Positions 45,783 through 54,448 of a stretch of 64,000 bases of DNA are shown piece by piece. Origin of the DNA: Verrucomicrobiota bacterium (GTDB lineage Bacteria; Verrucomicrobiota; Verrucomicrobiia; Opitutales; Opitutaceae). The translations under genes and the position numbers were made by a program. The stretch covers positions 148,669 through 212,668 of the forward strand of contig JACTNC010000058.1 of the NCBI GenBank assembly GCA_014584295.1. The letters are read 5' to 3'. The notes below the pieces were generated by a model, which was not told the DNA's origin, did not search any database, and saw only the letters and a list, made by a program, of their open reading frames with translations. Each line of letters opens with the position of its first letter. The first letter of the stretch is position 1.

Positions 45783-46255
45783 GTCGGGCAAGTTTCGTTC
45801 CTGGCGAGCGCCCCCGCTTCACGGGCGGCCGCGGCACTCGTATGGTCGTCGAGAAATTTCTGCGCCTCTCGCTCGCAATCGCGGCGGTGTTCACCGAGAG
45901 CGGAGCTCCTTAGCTTTTCAATCAGGCGCACGTCGCGCCGCGTTTCCATCCACTCCTGCCGGCGCTGCTCACGCACCTGCTCCGCCCTGCCGACCGCATC
46001 ACGCGCTTCGGTTTCACGGGACACCAGATGCTGATGGGACCGAATGAACGCAGCTTGCTCGCCGGCATGAAATGCGAGTTGGCGCTCATCGAGCAGGACT
46101 TTTTCCATCGCGGTCTTTTCCGCCACAATACGCTCAACCTCACTCTCAGCCAAAATTACAGCGCGAACCGCCGAAATGAACGCATCCCGTGCACGGGCCT
46201 CGCGAGCCTCGCGCACGACGACCACTGACTTGAGGGGAAATTGAAAACGTTTCAT
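45779..46255 (-). CDS. fliJ: flagellar export chaperone/stalk protein FliJ
   Basis: 158-aa Arg/Glu-rich coiled-coil protein (MKRFQFPLKSVVVVRE..) directly after fliI. Confidence 0.65.
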   Translation of the reverse strand: MKRFQFPLKSVVVVREAREARARDAFISAVRAVILAESEVERIVAEKTAMEKVLLDERQLAFHAGEQAAFIRSHQHLVSRETEARDAVGRAEQVREQRRQEWMETRRDVRLIEKLRSSALGEHRRDCEREAQKFLDDHTSAAAAREAGALARNETCPT

Positions 46256-46266
46256 GGCGGTAACAT

Positions 46267-47589
46267 TCAGCCGACGATGCGTTTCAACTCTCCAAAGGTT
46301 GCTGCACGATCTGCCCGTTCATCGATTGCCTGTCGGAGGAACCCCCGCAGTGGCTCATGCAGGCTGACAGCCTGATCGAGCGCTGGGTTTGTGCCTTTTT
46401 GATAGGCGCCAATCGTGATCAGATCCTCGTTCTTGCGGTACAGGGCGAGATGCTCGCGCCCGCGACCGCTCGACGCAATTTCACCAGCGGAACAGATGTC
46501 GCGCGAGAGACGCGACACGCTCTCCAGCACGTCAATCGCGGGATAATGGCTGGCCTGTGCAAGGGAACGTGAAAGGACGATGTGTCCGTCGAGGATGCCT
46601 CGCACCGCATCGGCAACCGGTTCATTCATGTCATCGCCTTCAACAAGCACCGTGTAGAGCGCGGTGATCGTTCCGGTTTCTCCCGCACCCGCACGCTCAA
46701 GCAGACGAGGCAGAAGTGCAAAGACACTCGGTGTGTAGCCGCGCGTCGCCGGCGGCTCGCCAACTGCAAGGCCGATCTCGCGCTGGGCCATTGCAAAACG
46801 GGTCACGCTGTCCATCAACAGCAGCACATTCGCCCCGGCGTCGCGATAGGACTCGGCAACGGCCGTAGCGGTATAGGCCGCGCGCATACGGAGCGGAGCA
46901 GGAGTATCGCTCGTCGAGCAGACGATGACGGAGCGGGCGAGCCCTTCCTCACCCAGGTCCTTTTCAATGAATTCGCGCAATTCGCGGCCGCGTTCACCGA
47001 TCAGCCCCACCACGACGACATCGGCGTCGGCACCGCGGGCGATCATCGACAGCAGCGTGGACTTGCCCACTCCGGAGCCCGCAAAGAGCCCTACCCGCTG
47101 TCCGCGCCCGAGCGGCACAAAGGCATCGATCGCCCGGACGCCCGTGACAAACGGTTCATGAATGCGCCGACGCCGCAGGGGATGCGGAGGTTTCGACGCC
47201 GTGACATCACCCCGCTGCGTGCGGATCGGACCCATTCCGTCGATGGGGCGGCCGAGCGCATCCAGCACTCGACCCAGGAGCTGGGGTCCACGCGCCGGCA
47301 ACGGCGGGAAATCACAGGCCATCACTTCCGCACCCGCGTGCAACCCGGTCATTTCCCCGAGCGGCATCAACAGAACATGCTGGCCACGAAACCCGACGAC
47401 TTCGGCCAGGAAATCAAATTCACCACGATCGGAACGCAGTTTGCAGAGTTCCCCGAGACCGACGTTCGGTCCCTCACTCTCGACGATCAAGCCGGTGACA
47501 CTCGTGACGCGACCGAGCCGGCGCACGGCCGGCATGGCGCGCAACTGAACGCGGAGGTCGTCGAAGATCGGAGTGATGTCGGCAGCCAT
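46267..47589 (-). CDS. fliI: flagellum-specific ATPase FliI
   Basis: Walker A GLFAGSGVGKSTLL and Walker B VLLLMDSVTR; F1/T3SS ATPase fold. Confidence 0.95.
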   Translation of the reverse strand: MAADITPIFDDLRVQLRAMPAVRRLGRVTSVTGLIVESEGPNVGLGELCKLRSDRGEFDFLAEVVGFRGQHVLLMPLGEMTGLHAGAEVMACDFPPLPARGPQLLGRVLDALGRPIDGMGPIRTQRGDVTASKPPHPLRRRRIHEPFVTGVRAIDAFVPLGRGQRVGLFAGSGVGKSTLLSMIARGADADVVVVGLIGERGRELREFIEKDLGEEGLARSVIVCSTSDTPAPLRMRAAYTATAVAESYRDAGANVLLLMDSVTRFAMAQREIGLAVGEPPATRGYTPSVFALLPRLLERAGAGETGTITALYTVLVEGDDMNEPVADAVRGILDGHIVLSRSLAQASHYPAIDVLESVSRLSRDICSAGEIASSGRGREHLALYRKNEDLITIGAYQKGTNPALDQAVSLHEPLRGFLRQAIDERADRAATFGELKRIVG

Positions 47590-47599
47590 GATTCAGTGG

Positions 47600-48190
47600 T
47601 CAACCCGTGGCGAGGAACTCCCGACCAAGGGTATCGAGCTTGGATGCAAGCCGCGCATCCGTCAGACCGAAACGGCTGCGCACCTGGCAGTCTCCGGGGG
47701 CCAGCGACGGCGTAGCCGTTATCCGCAATCCCGGATAGCGGCTACTCCAGGCAGGGGAGATTTTTTCAAGGATAACGGCATCATGTGGGCTCACCAGGAG
47801 TTCGAGATTCTCTGTCTCTGGGTATAGCTGGCTGAGCGCCTCGGAGCAGATCTTTTCAATCGCCTCCGCAGGAGGTTCATAGCCCGCAAGCAGGCGTCGC
47901 ACAATTTCCATGACGAGATTAGGAAGGGCTGCGTGCACCTGTCGGACGATCGCGGCATCGGACTCGGCAAGTCTGCTGAATACGCCATCCTGAAGCGCTT
48001 GGACCTCGGCGCGAAATTCAACGAGTTGCTGACTCGCGAACGCCCGGGCAGAGTCCGCGCCCTCCTGAAAGCCGGCGACGCGGGCAGCGGCGACCTCGCT
48101 CTCGCTGAACTGCCGCGCAGACAACCCGGGAATCGTGGCCGATGCGAGCGGTCGATCGAAGGCGATGAGTTTGCGGAAAGGGATGGCCAT
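47600..48190 (-). CDS. fliH: flagellar assembly protein FliH
   Basis: 196-aa protein between fliG and fliI, with a FliH-like central/C-terminal region (..GFQEGADSARAF..). Confidence 0.75.
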   Translation of the reverse strand: MAIPFRKLIAFDRPLASATIPGLSARQFSESEVAAARVAGFQEGADSARAFASQQLVEFRAEVQALQDGVFSRLAESDAAIVRQVHAALPNLVMEIVRRLLAGYEPPAEAIEKICSEALSQLYPETENLELLVSPHDAVILEKISPAWSSRYPGLRITATPSLAPGDCQVRSRFGLTDARLASKLDTLGREFLATG

Positions 48191-48210
48191 GGTTGCAGGG
48201 GTGTGGTGTC

Positions 48211-49266
48211 TCAGGCGACGACTGCGGCCTCTGCTCCATCGAGGGAAATCGCACCCTCTTCCTCCAGCCGTCGAACGACCTGGATGATCGCTTCCTGCGC
48301 GATCTCCACGTCCTTCAGGCGCACGGCTCCGAGCATCGAAATCTCGTCGCGCAGGCTTTCCGCCGCGCGTTTCGAAATGGATCCATAGATCCTTTCCTTG
48401 AGCGACTCGCTCGCCGATTTCATCGAGGTCGCCAGATTCTGCGAATCGACTTCGCGCAGTACGCGCTGGAGATCCGCGGCCTGGAGGCGGCTGAGGTCCT
48501 CGAAGCTGAACATCTTTTTCCGGATCGCTGAACCGAGCGCACTGTTGCGCTCCTCGACACGGGCGAGCAGCCCTTTCGAAGTTTCCTTGTCGATGCTGTT
48601 GAGCAGGTCCGCCACCGCACGCACACCGCCGCTGCGGTGGAATGTGGGACGTGCCTTCGTATCAAAATGCTTTCCGAGGCTGCGCACGATCTTGCCAACG
48701 AGGTCAAGTGAAGTGCTGTCGATCGTGCCGAGGCGTTCGACCACCTCCTCACGAATCTCGGGGCTGAGCAACATGAAGATCTCCTTCGATTTTTCAGCAT
48801 TCAGGTACGAGAGCACAAAGGAGATGGTCTGCGGCTGCTCGTTCTTGATGAGGTTGAAAATCTGCCGACCTTCCATTTCAGCGATGTCCTGGATCACGTC
48901 CAGAGATGTGCCGCCAGGTGCGCAGCCCACGCGGCTTAGGATCGAGTTCGCCTTGTAGTCGCCCCGTACACGCTCGATGGCCTGGCGGGCATAATCAAGC
49001 CCACCGAGGGAGGACTCCATGCTCTCACCAATTATCGGCGCAAATTCGTCGAGCACCTGCCTGCGAAGGGCTTCTGGCACCATGGGAAACTGGCTCATCT
49101 CCCTGCAGACCTGCTCAATCTCGGCATCATCAAACATCTTCAGCACCTGCGCGGCAGAATCCGTGCCGACAACAATGAGGAACACCGCCAGCTTCTGAAT
49201 TCGGGTCAGCTTGCCGTAGTCGATTGCGGCGGGTGCGGATGATTCTGTCGCGGTGCTTGTTGCCAT
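48211..49266 (-). CDS. fliG: flagellar motor switch protein FliG
   Basis: LTRIQKLAVFLIVVG, the ..EVLREVDSQNLATSMK.. pattern and a C-terminal torque-helix region. Confidence 0.95.
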   Translation of the reverse strand: MATSTATESSAPAAIDYGKLTRIQKLAVFLIVVGTDSAAQVLKMFDDAEIEQVCREMSQFPMVPEALRRQVLDEFAPIIGESMESSLGGLDYARQAIERVRGDYKANSILSRVGCAPGGTSLDVIQDIAEMEGRQIFNLIKNEQPQTISFVLSYLNAEKSKEIFMLLSPEIREEVVERLGTIDSTSLDLVGKIVRSLGKHFDTKARPTFHRSGGVRAVADLLNSIDKETSKGLLARVEERNSALGSAIRKKMFSFEDLSRLQAADLQRVLREVDSQNLATSMKSASESLKERIYGSISKRAAESLRDEISMLGAVRLKDVEIAQEAIIQVVRRLEEEGAISLDGAEAAVVA

Positions 49267-49289
49267 GAGAAAAGCGTCCGATTTCGCGT

Positions 49290-50885
49290 CTAGGATTTCT
49301 TCACCGCAACCCAGTCACGCAGCGCAGTGCCAATGTTCGCGGGCTTCTGCTTGATGAGTTCGTTGAGCAGTTCAGGCGTCAGCGCGCCGCCACCCTGTAT
49401 CTGTCGCTGGGCATCGCGCGGATCCACGGTGAGCAATTCGACGGGGACGGATTCCGGCTTCTGGCGTCCCAGCATGCGCCAGAAGATCACGAGTACACCT
49501 ATTGCGACCGCAACGGCCACATACCGGCTGGCACCATCAATCCACCCCTGGACGCGCGTTGCCGATTCGATGCGCTCGATGCCGGCCGAAACGGTTTCCG
49601 ACTGGAAAGGAATTTCCTGCAGGGTCACGACGGAGTCGATCGACTGGCCGGCCGCGGGCTTCACCCCAAGGGCGTTGAGCACGATTTGACGGAGCGCCTG
49701 AAGCTCCTCTGGCGTGCGAGGCTGCGGGGTTGGTGCCGCGGATTCAGCACCCGGCGCGGCCGGAGCAGCAACCATGCGCTGAGCGACAAACACCGATGCG
49801 GTTATGTTCTTCAATGAACCCGGCTGGCGGGTGATGTTGGTCACGGACCGGTTGATCTCGTAAGTGGTTGTGCGATTCTTGCGATTGGACTCCGTCACGT
49901 TTGTCGGATGAGCCGCCTCGGCGGAAGGTATGCCCGGCTTGTCAGGCGTGTTCGCGGTGACACCAACCACGCCGACGTTGTGCCGTTCTGTGGAGTTGGA
50001 AATGTCATCAGTGGTTGTCTGCGTGCGCACCACCTGTCCGTCCGGGTCAAATTTCTCCTGCATCATGGTTGTGGATTCGGTATCGATCTCAGCCGACACT
50101 CGGACCACTGCGTTGCCGCTTCCGAGCACGGGGATCAGCATGCTCTCCACCTTTTTCGCCAGGTAGTCCTCGATCTGCTGGCGATAGCGCATCTGTGAGG
50201 AAGCGCTGCTGAGAAGCGGGTCCTGGCGCAAGTCCTCTGAAAGCACTCTGCCCTTCTGATCCACGACCGCCACCTGGTCTGGATTGAGTCCCTGGACTGC
50301 ATTGGCCACGAGGTGTCGTATGCTGTTCACCGCCTCCACTTCCAGTCGAGAGCCAGCAAGCTCCACAAAAACCGATGCGGTGGGCTTCACTCCCTGATCG
50401 GTCAGAAGCAGCCGGTTCTCCGGCTGCACGATCATGACACGCGCACTGCGTACGCCATCAAGCTGGCTGATGGTGCGTCCGAGTTCGCCCTGGAGAGCAC
50501 GCAAATAATTCGTGCGCTGTACAAAATCAGAAAGGCCGAACTGTCCCTTGTCGAAGATCTCGAATCCAACGCCATCACCGGTCGGCACTCCCTTGCCCGC
50601 GAGGTCCATGCGCAGGCGGTGCACCTGATCGGCGGGCACGTAGATCGTGCTGCCACCATTCGTCACCCGATGCGGGACGTTCTGGGACTGAAGCGTGCTC
50701 ACAATCTGGGCGGCGTCCTTTTCTGAAAGCCGTCCGTACAGGAGCTGGTAATCCGGCTGTCGCGACCAGATCACCAGGCCGATCAAGCCAGCGACGAGAG
50801 CTGCTGTGGCAATGGAGAGCGTGACGCGCTGATTGAGGCCAAGTTGTTTCCAGAGTCCGAGGAGGGAGGTGGCAAAGGATTTCAT
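49290..50885 (-). CDS. fliF: flagellar MS-ring protein FliF
   Basis: N-terminal TM, then YQLLYGRLSEKDAAQIVSTLQSQNVPHRV and LPxGxGVGFEIFD-type motifs, and a C-terminal TM. Confidence 0.95.
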   Translation of the reverse strand: MKSFATSLLGLWKQLGLNQRVTLSIATAALVAGLIGLVIWSRQPDYQLLYGRLSEKDAAQIVSTLQSQNVPHRVTNGGSTIYVPADQVHRLRMDLAGKGVPTGDGVGFEIFDKGQFGLSDFVQRTNYLRALQGELGRTISQLDGVRSARVMIVQPENRLLLTDQGVKPTASVFVELAGSRLEVEAVNSIRHLVANAVQGLNPDQVAVVDQKGRVLSEDLRQDPLLSSASSQMRYRQQIEDYLAKKVESMLIPVLGSGNAVVRVSAEIDTESTTMMQEKFDPDGQVVRTQTTTDDISNSTERHNVGVVGVTANTPDKPGIPSAEAAHPTNVTESNRKNRTTTYEINRSVTNITRQPGSLKNITASVFVAQRMVAAPAAPGAESAAPTPQPRTPEELQALRQIVLNALGVKPAAGQSIDSVVTLQEIPFQSETVSAGIERIESATRVQGWIDGASRYVAVAVAIGVLVIFWRMLGRQKPESVPVELLTVDPRDAQRQIQGGGALTPELLNELIKQKPANIGTALRDWVAVKKS

Positions 50886-50940
50886 GCGCCAGTCGCAGCG
50901 ATGGTTGGGAGAAGGATCAGGGTATGCGGCATGGGCTCAG

Positions 50941-51297
50941 CTATACAGGCATGCGCATCAGTTCCTGGTAGGAGTCGACCAGCTTGTTGCGCACCTCGAC
51001 CATCAATTGGAAGGCAACGCCGGCTTCCTGCATGGCGATGACACTCGTATGAAGCTGATCATTCTGACCCAGCAGAACCTGTCGCGTCAGCGCCTGCGCC
51101 TCGGCCTGCTTTCCGTCCACCGCTGCCACCATCTGCTCAAACACCGAACTGAAGCTCGCGGGTTTGGAGTCCGTCAACGGAATCGGTGTTCCGATCTTCG
51201 GCGCTGTCGGCGAAAACGGGCCTTCGACAGAGCTCGTGCCGGAAAGTCGCATGGGGAGGGATTGCTGAACACCGCCAATGGAACCAATGAGGGACAT
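50941..51297 (-). CDS. fliE: flagellar hook-basal body protein FliE
   Basis: C-terminus VIAMQEAGVAFQLMVEVRNKLVDSYQELMRM is typical of FliE. Confidence 0.85.
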   Translation of the reverse strand: MSLIGSIGGVQQSLPMRLSGTSSVEGPFSPTAPKIGTPIPLTDSKPASFSSVFEQMVAAVDGKQAEAQALTRQVLLGQNDQLHTSVIAMQEAGVAFQLMVEVRNKLVDSYQELMRMPV

Positions 51298-51330
51298 GAG
51301 AAATAGGAAGAGGGAAATGGGGTGCGGCGC

Positions 51331-51750
51331 CTATCGGCCGATTTCGAGTGCCTTCATGGCCATCTGCCGGGCGTTCTTCGCGACGGAGAGATTTGCCTCG
51401 TAGGCCCGCGTCGCCGTGATCAGATCAACCATTTCATAGGCAAGATTCACGTTGGGAAGCTGGACCATGCCGTCGGCGCCCGCATCGGGATGCTGAGGAT
51501 CGTAGACGCGCTGACCGGGTGACTTGTCGGTCGTGATTTCGCCGACCCTGACGGACTGAAGTGCCTCACCGGACATGCCCTGCTTGCGGAGGAGTTCGGT
51601 CTCAAACGACACCATTCTGCGCTGGTAGGGAGCTCCATCGGAGCCGCGCGTTGTCTGAGCATTTGCAATGTTCTGCGCAACCACGTCGAGGCGTGTGCGC
51701 TGCGCATTGAGGGCGCTGGAGGTTACATCAATTGCACCGATGAGATTCAT
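51331..51750 (-). CDS. flgC: flagellar proximal rod protein FlgC
   Basis: SALNAQRTRLDVVAQNIANAQTT and the C-terminus LPNVNLAYEMVDLITATRAYEANLSV. Confidence 0.9.
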   Translation of the reverse strand: MNLIGAIDVTSSALNAQRTRLDVVAQNIANAQTTRGSDGAPYQRRMVSFETELLRKQGMSGEALQSVRVGEITTDKSPGQRVYDPQHPDAGADGMVQLPNVNLAYEMVDLITATRAYEANLSVAKNARQMAMKALEIGR

Positions 51751-51806
51751 GTTTGGAGCGCAGAAAACGGTTCAGCAGGTCAAAATTTCCTGGGGTGGAA
51801 ACCTCA

Positions 51807-52187
51807 TCACACCGCACGTCCCGTGATCGCGAGGCGAAGCTGCTTTATGTTCTTGCTGATGAGATCCGTCAGAAATTCGTATTCGACCGTATTGCGGTTC
51901 ATTTCGAGAAGCTCCTTCTCCATTTCGACCGAGTTGCCATCGGGACGCACCGCGCGCGCCTTCGCATCTTCAGCGAGCACCGGTGTTACCCCTGAAAAGT
52001 CACTGCTTCCACCGGCCATGCGCGACTTGAGCTGTGCGGCAAAATCAGGCGAAAGGTCCAGCCGCCTGAAACCAGGCGTTTCCGCATTGGCGATGTTCGA
52101 CGCAATGGCGCTCTGTCTCAGGACCGACGCGTCTAGCAACTTGCGGGCGAGTTGGTAGTTGGCGGACTGAAAGATGGGATCGACCAT
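51807..52187 (-). CDS. flgB: flagellar proximal rod protein FlgB
   Basis: ATG at 52185-52187 gives MVDPIFQSANYQLARKLLDASVLRQSAIASNIANAETPGF, which aligns with FlgB N-termini. The 48 upstream codons of the track ORF cover the promoter. Confidence 0.85.
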   Translation of the reverse strand: MVDPIFQSANYQLARKLLDASVLRQSAIASNIANAETPGFRRLDLSPDFAAQLKSRMAGGSSDFSGVTPVLAEDAKARAVRPDGNSVEMEKELLEMNRNTVEYEFLTDLISKNIKQLRLAITGRAV

Positions 52188-52201
52188 GACCTCACCACCA
52201 T

Positions 52202-52217
52202 TGCAATGCCTGTGCCA
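52202..52217 (-). promoter_or_regulatory. sigma54-type promoter upstream of flgB
   Basis: The minus strand reads TGGCACAGGCATTGCA, a perfect TGGCAC-N5-TTGCA. The -12 C (52203) is 16 nt from the A of the flgB ATG (52187). Confidence 0.7.
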
Positions 52218-52325
52218 TGCCCATGATGAATGATTCAAGATCCTGTAAACCAGCAGGATAAAATCCATTGATCCTCCGCCAGCATCAATCTCCACCGTAC
52301 AAGCCGTGCCCTCGGCGACTTCCAA

Positions 52326-52340
52326 CGGCAAATATTGCCG
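52326..52340. promoter_or_regulatory. palindromic upstream element (candidate sigma54-activator binding site), flgB
   Basis: CGGCAAATATTGCCG. Its centre is 117 bp upstream of the -24 GG of the flgB promoter. Confidence 0.55.
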
Positions 52341-52406
52341 CCTTCAAAACCACCCCGGGTAAAATCCCTGATTTCCGGGGGGGAATCTTTATTGGAATTC
52401 GATCAC

Positions 52407-52414
52407 GCCGATAT
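52407..52414 (+). promoter_or_regulatory. sigma28-like -10 element upstream of cheR (no convincing -35)
   Basis: GCCGATAT on the plus strand, ending 14 nt before the cheR ATG (52429). The expected -35 position reads TTTA rather than TAAA. Confidence 0.3.
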
Positions 52415-52428
52415 GCGTTCAGATACGC

Positions 52429-53256
52429 ATGCTCGACCGCGACTATCAGTTTATCCGGGAATTGGTATACAGCCATAGCCGGATTCATCTTGGGCCGGCA
52501 AAACGGGAACTCGTGTCCGCGCGGCTCGGTCGACGTCTACGTGCCACCAACCTGACCTCCATTGGAGAATACTGCCGGTTTCTACAGTGCAAGAAGGGTG
52601 AGGAAGAAATCTCGCACCTGATCGATGCAATTTCGACGCATCACACGTCCTTTTTTCGCGAGCCCGCCCATTTCGATTTCCTCTCGAAGACAGCGGTCCC
52701 CGATATGATCGCGCGCCGGGAAGGCCAGTCGTGGCCAACCTTCAAGGTCTGGTGCGCGGCGTGTTCCACGGGAGAGGAGCCCTATTCCATCGCGATGACG
52801 CTGATGCGAGCCTTGGAGCCCGTCAGACCCGCGTGGCCTGTTCATATCGAGGCCACGGACATTTCCCATCGCGTCCTTCAGCGCGCTCGGATCGGTGTCT
52901 ACTCGAAGGAGGCACTGAAAGACCTGCCTGCGCCACTGGTGAGGCGCTGCTTCCAAAAGGGATTCGGCCCCCAGAACGGCAACTATCGCGTGAAGCAGTT
53001 TCTCCAGGATGCGGTCACGTTCCGTCAGATGAACCTCCTCGAGGGTTCACCTCCCTTCAGCGACCGCTACCATGTGATCTTCTGTCGGAACGTCATGATC
53101 TACTTTGACCGTCCGACGCGCCATGAACTCGTGCGGAGGCTCAGCTCCCTGCTCGTGCCGGGCGGCTACCTCATGGTGGGACACTCTGAGAGCCTCACCG
53201 GAATCCATCAGGGACTTGAGCGCGTGGAGTCTGCAACCTACCGGGCACCCCTCTAG
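52429..53256 (+). CDS. cheR: chemotaxis protein methyltransferase CheR
   Basis: CheR N-domain, then ETSFFRE-type THHTSFFREPAHF and SAM motif VWCAACSTGEEPYSIAM. Confidence 0.9.
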   Translation: MLDRDYQFIRELVYSHSRIHLGPAKRELVSARLGRRLRATNLTSIGEYCRFLQCKKGEEEISHLIDAISTHHTSFFREPAHFDFLSKTAVPDMIARREGQSWPTFKVWCAACSTGEEPYSIAMTLMRALEPVRPAWPVHIEATDISHRVLQRARIGVYSKEALKDLPAPLVRRCFQKGFGPQNGNYRVKQFLQDAVTFRQMNLLEGSPPFSDRYHVIFCRNVMIYFDRPTRHELVRRLSSLLVPGGYLMVGHSESLTGIHQGLERVESATYRAPL

Positions 53257-53269
53257 CCCAGCCAAGTCC

Positions 53270-54448
53270 ATGAACGCTCGCAGAATCCGCGTGTTGATTG
53301 TCGATGACTCCGCCGTCACCCGCCTGGCTGTCAACGACGCGCTTGCGGGAGATCCTGAGATCGAGGTTGTAGGAACCGCGATCGATCCCTATGTCGCGCG
53401 TGAAAAGATCGTCGCCCTTAAACCCGACGTTCTGACGCTGGATCTTGAAATGCCGCGAATGGACGGCCTCACCTTCCTTCGCATCCTGATGGCGGAACGA
53501 CCGATGCCCGTTGTAATCCTCAGTTCGCTCACGCCAACGGGATCGCAGCAGGCGCTGGAGGCTCTGCGACTTGGCGCGATCGATGTTCTTGGAAAACCCG
53601 ACTCCACGCAAGTGATGGCAGAGCTCGCTCCTCAGCTTCGTGCAAAGATCAAGATCGCAGCTTCTGCCCGACTGGCCTCGTTTGCCGCCAAGGCATCCCG
53701 CCGGACGCACTCATCCAGTATCGAAAATCCCGATTCATGTTCCGATGCGGGCGTCGGCTCGATCACGCCATCAATCAATCTCCATCCGGCAAACCTCGCG
53801 CGCTCCCATGATCCCCGCCGCCTCATCCTGCTTGGCGCCTCCACTGGAGGAACAGAGGCGTTGCGCGAGATCCTCACCCGGCTGCCGGAAGATTTTCCTC
53901 CGATTTTGATCGTGCAACATATTCCTCCCGTCTTTTCGAAGGCGTTCGCTGAACGGCTTGATGCTCAATGCCGGCTCGAGGTGCGTGAAGCCACCGATGG
54001 CGACCGACTCTCCCAGGGCGTCGCCCTGATCGCACCCGGCGACCGCCACATGCTCGTCGACTGGGAATCAGACGGCTACCGTGTGCGCGTGGTCGGCGGA
54101 CCTCAGGTCTGGTTCCAGCGTCCCGCTGTGGATCTCCTGTTTCGATCGGCCGCAACGACTGCAGGAGAGCACGCCATTGGGGGTGTGCTCACGGGAATGG
54201 GCAAGGATGGCGCAGAGGGCCTTCTGCGATTGCGCGAACACGGAGCCCTCACGTTCTCCCAGGACGAGGAAAGTTCCGCAGTCTACGGAATGCCGAAGGC
54301 CGCATGGGATCTCGGAGGATCGCAGCATCAGATCGCGCTTGCAGATATCGCGTCACATCTCGTTTCCCTCGTGAACTCGGAAGCGGCCGTGCAGGCATGC
54401 TCCCCGTTCAGCAGAACCTCACCCCTTCCCGCACATGCCTCTGGTTGA
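53270..54448 (+). CDS. cheB: chemotaxis response regulator protein-glutamate methylesterase CheB
   Basis: ATG at 53270 gives MNARRIRVLIVDDSAV (REC, phospho-Asp in VLTLDLEMPRMDG). Long linker. Esterase domain LLGASTGGTEAL...GMGKDGAEG. Confidence 0.9.
   Translation: MNARRIRVLIVDDSAVTRLAVNDALAGDPEIEVVGTAIDPYVAREKIVALKPDVLTLDLEMPRMDGLTFLRILMAERPMPVVILSSLTPTGSQQALEALRLGAIDVLGKPDSTQVMAELAPQLRAKIKIAASARLASFAAKASRRTHSSSIENPDSCSDAGVGSITPSINLHPANLARSHDPRRLILLGASTGGTEALREILTRLPEDFPPILIVQHIPPVFSKAFAERLDAQCRLEVREATDGDRLSQGVALIAPGDRHMLVDWESDGYRVRVVGGPQVWFQRPAVDLLFRSAATTAGEHAIGGVLTGMGKDGAEGLLRLREHGALTFSQDEESSAVYGMPKAAWDLGGSQHQIALADIASHLVSLVNSEAAVQACSPFSRTSPLPAHASG

Noticed and set aside
1950-47715. Many long ORFs on the strand opposite to recognised genes (for example 1950..2840+, 5442..6140-, 21582..22571+, 28131..29204+, 31773..33077+, 36532..37524+, 43918..45147+, 46582..47715+).
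   Set aside because: They fully overlap genes with strong family signatures. They have Arg/Pro/Ala/Gly-rich low-complexity translations typical of antisense frames in high-G+C DNA, and none shows a recognisable motif.
52377-52383. G7 homopolymer in the flgB-cheR divergent region as a phase-variation tract.
   Set aside because: A 7-nt G run is not exceptional in this composition. It does not fall within a defined promoter spacer or coding frame.
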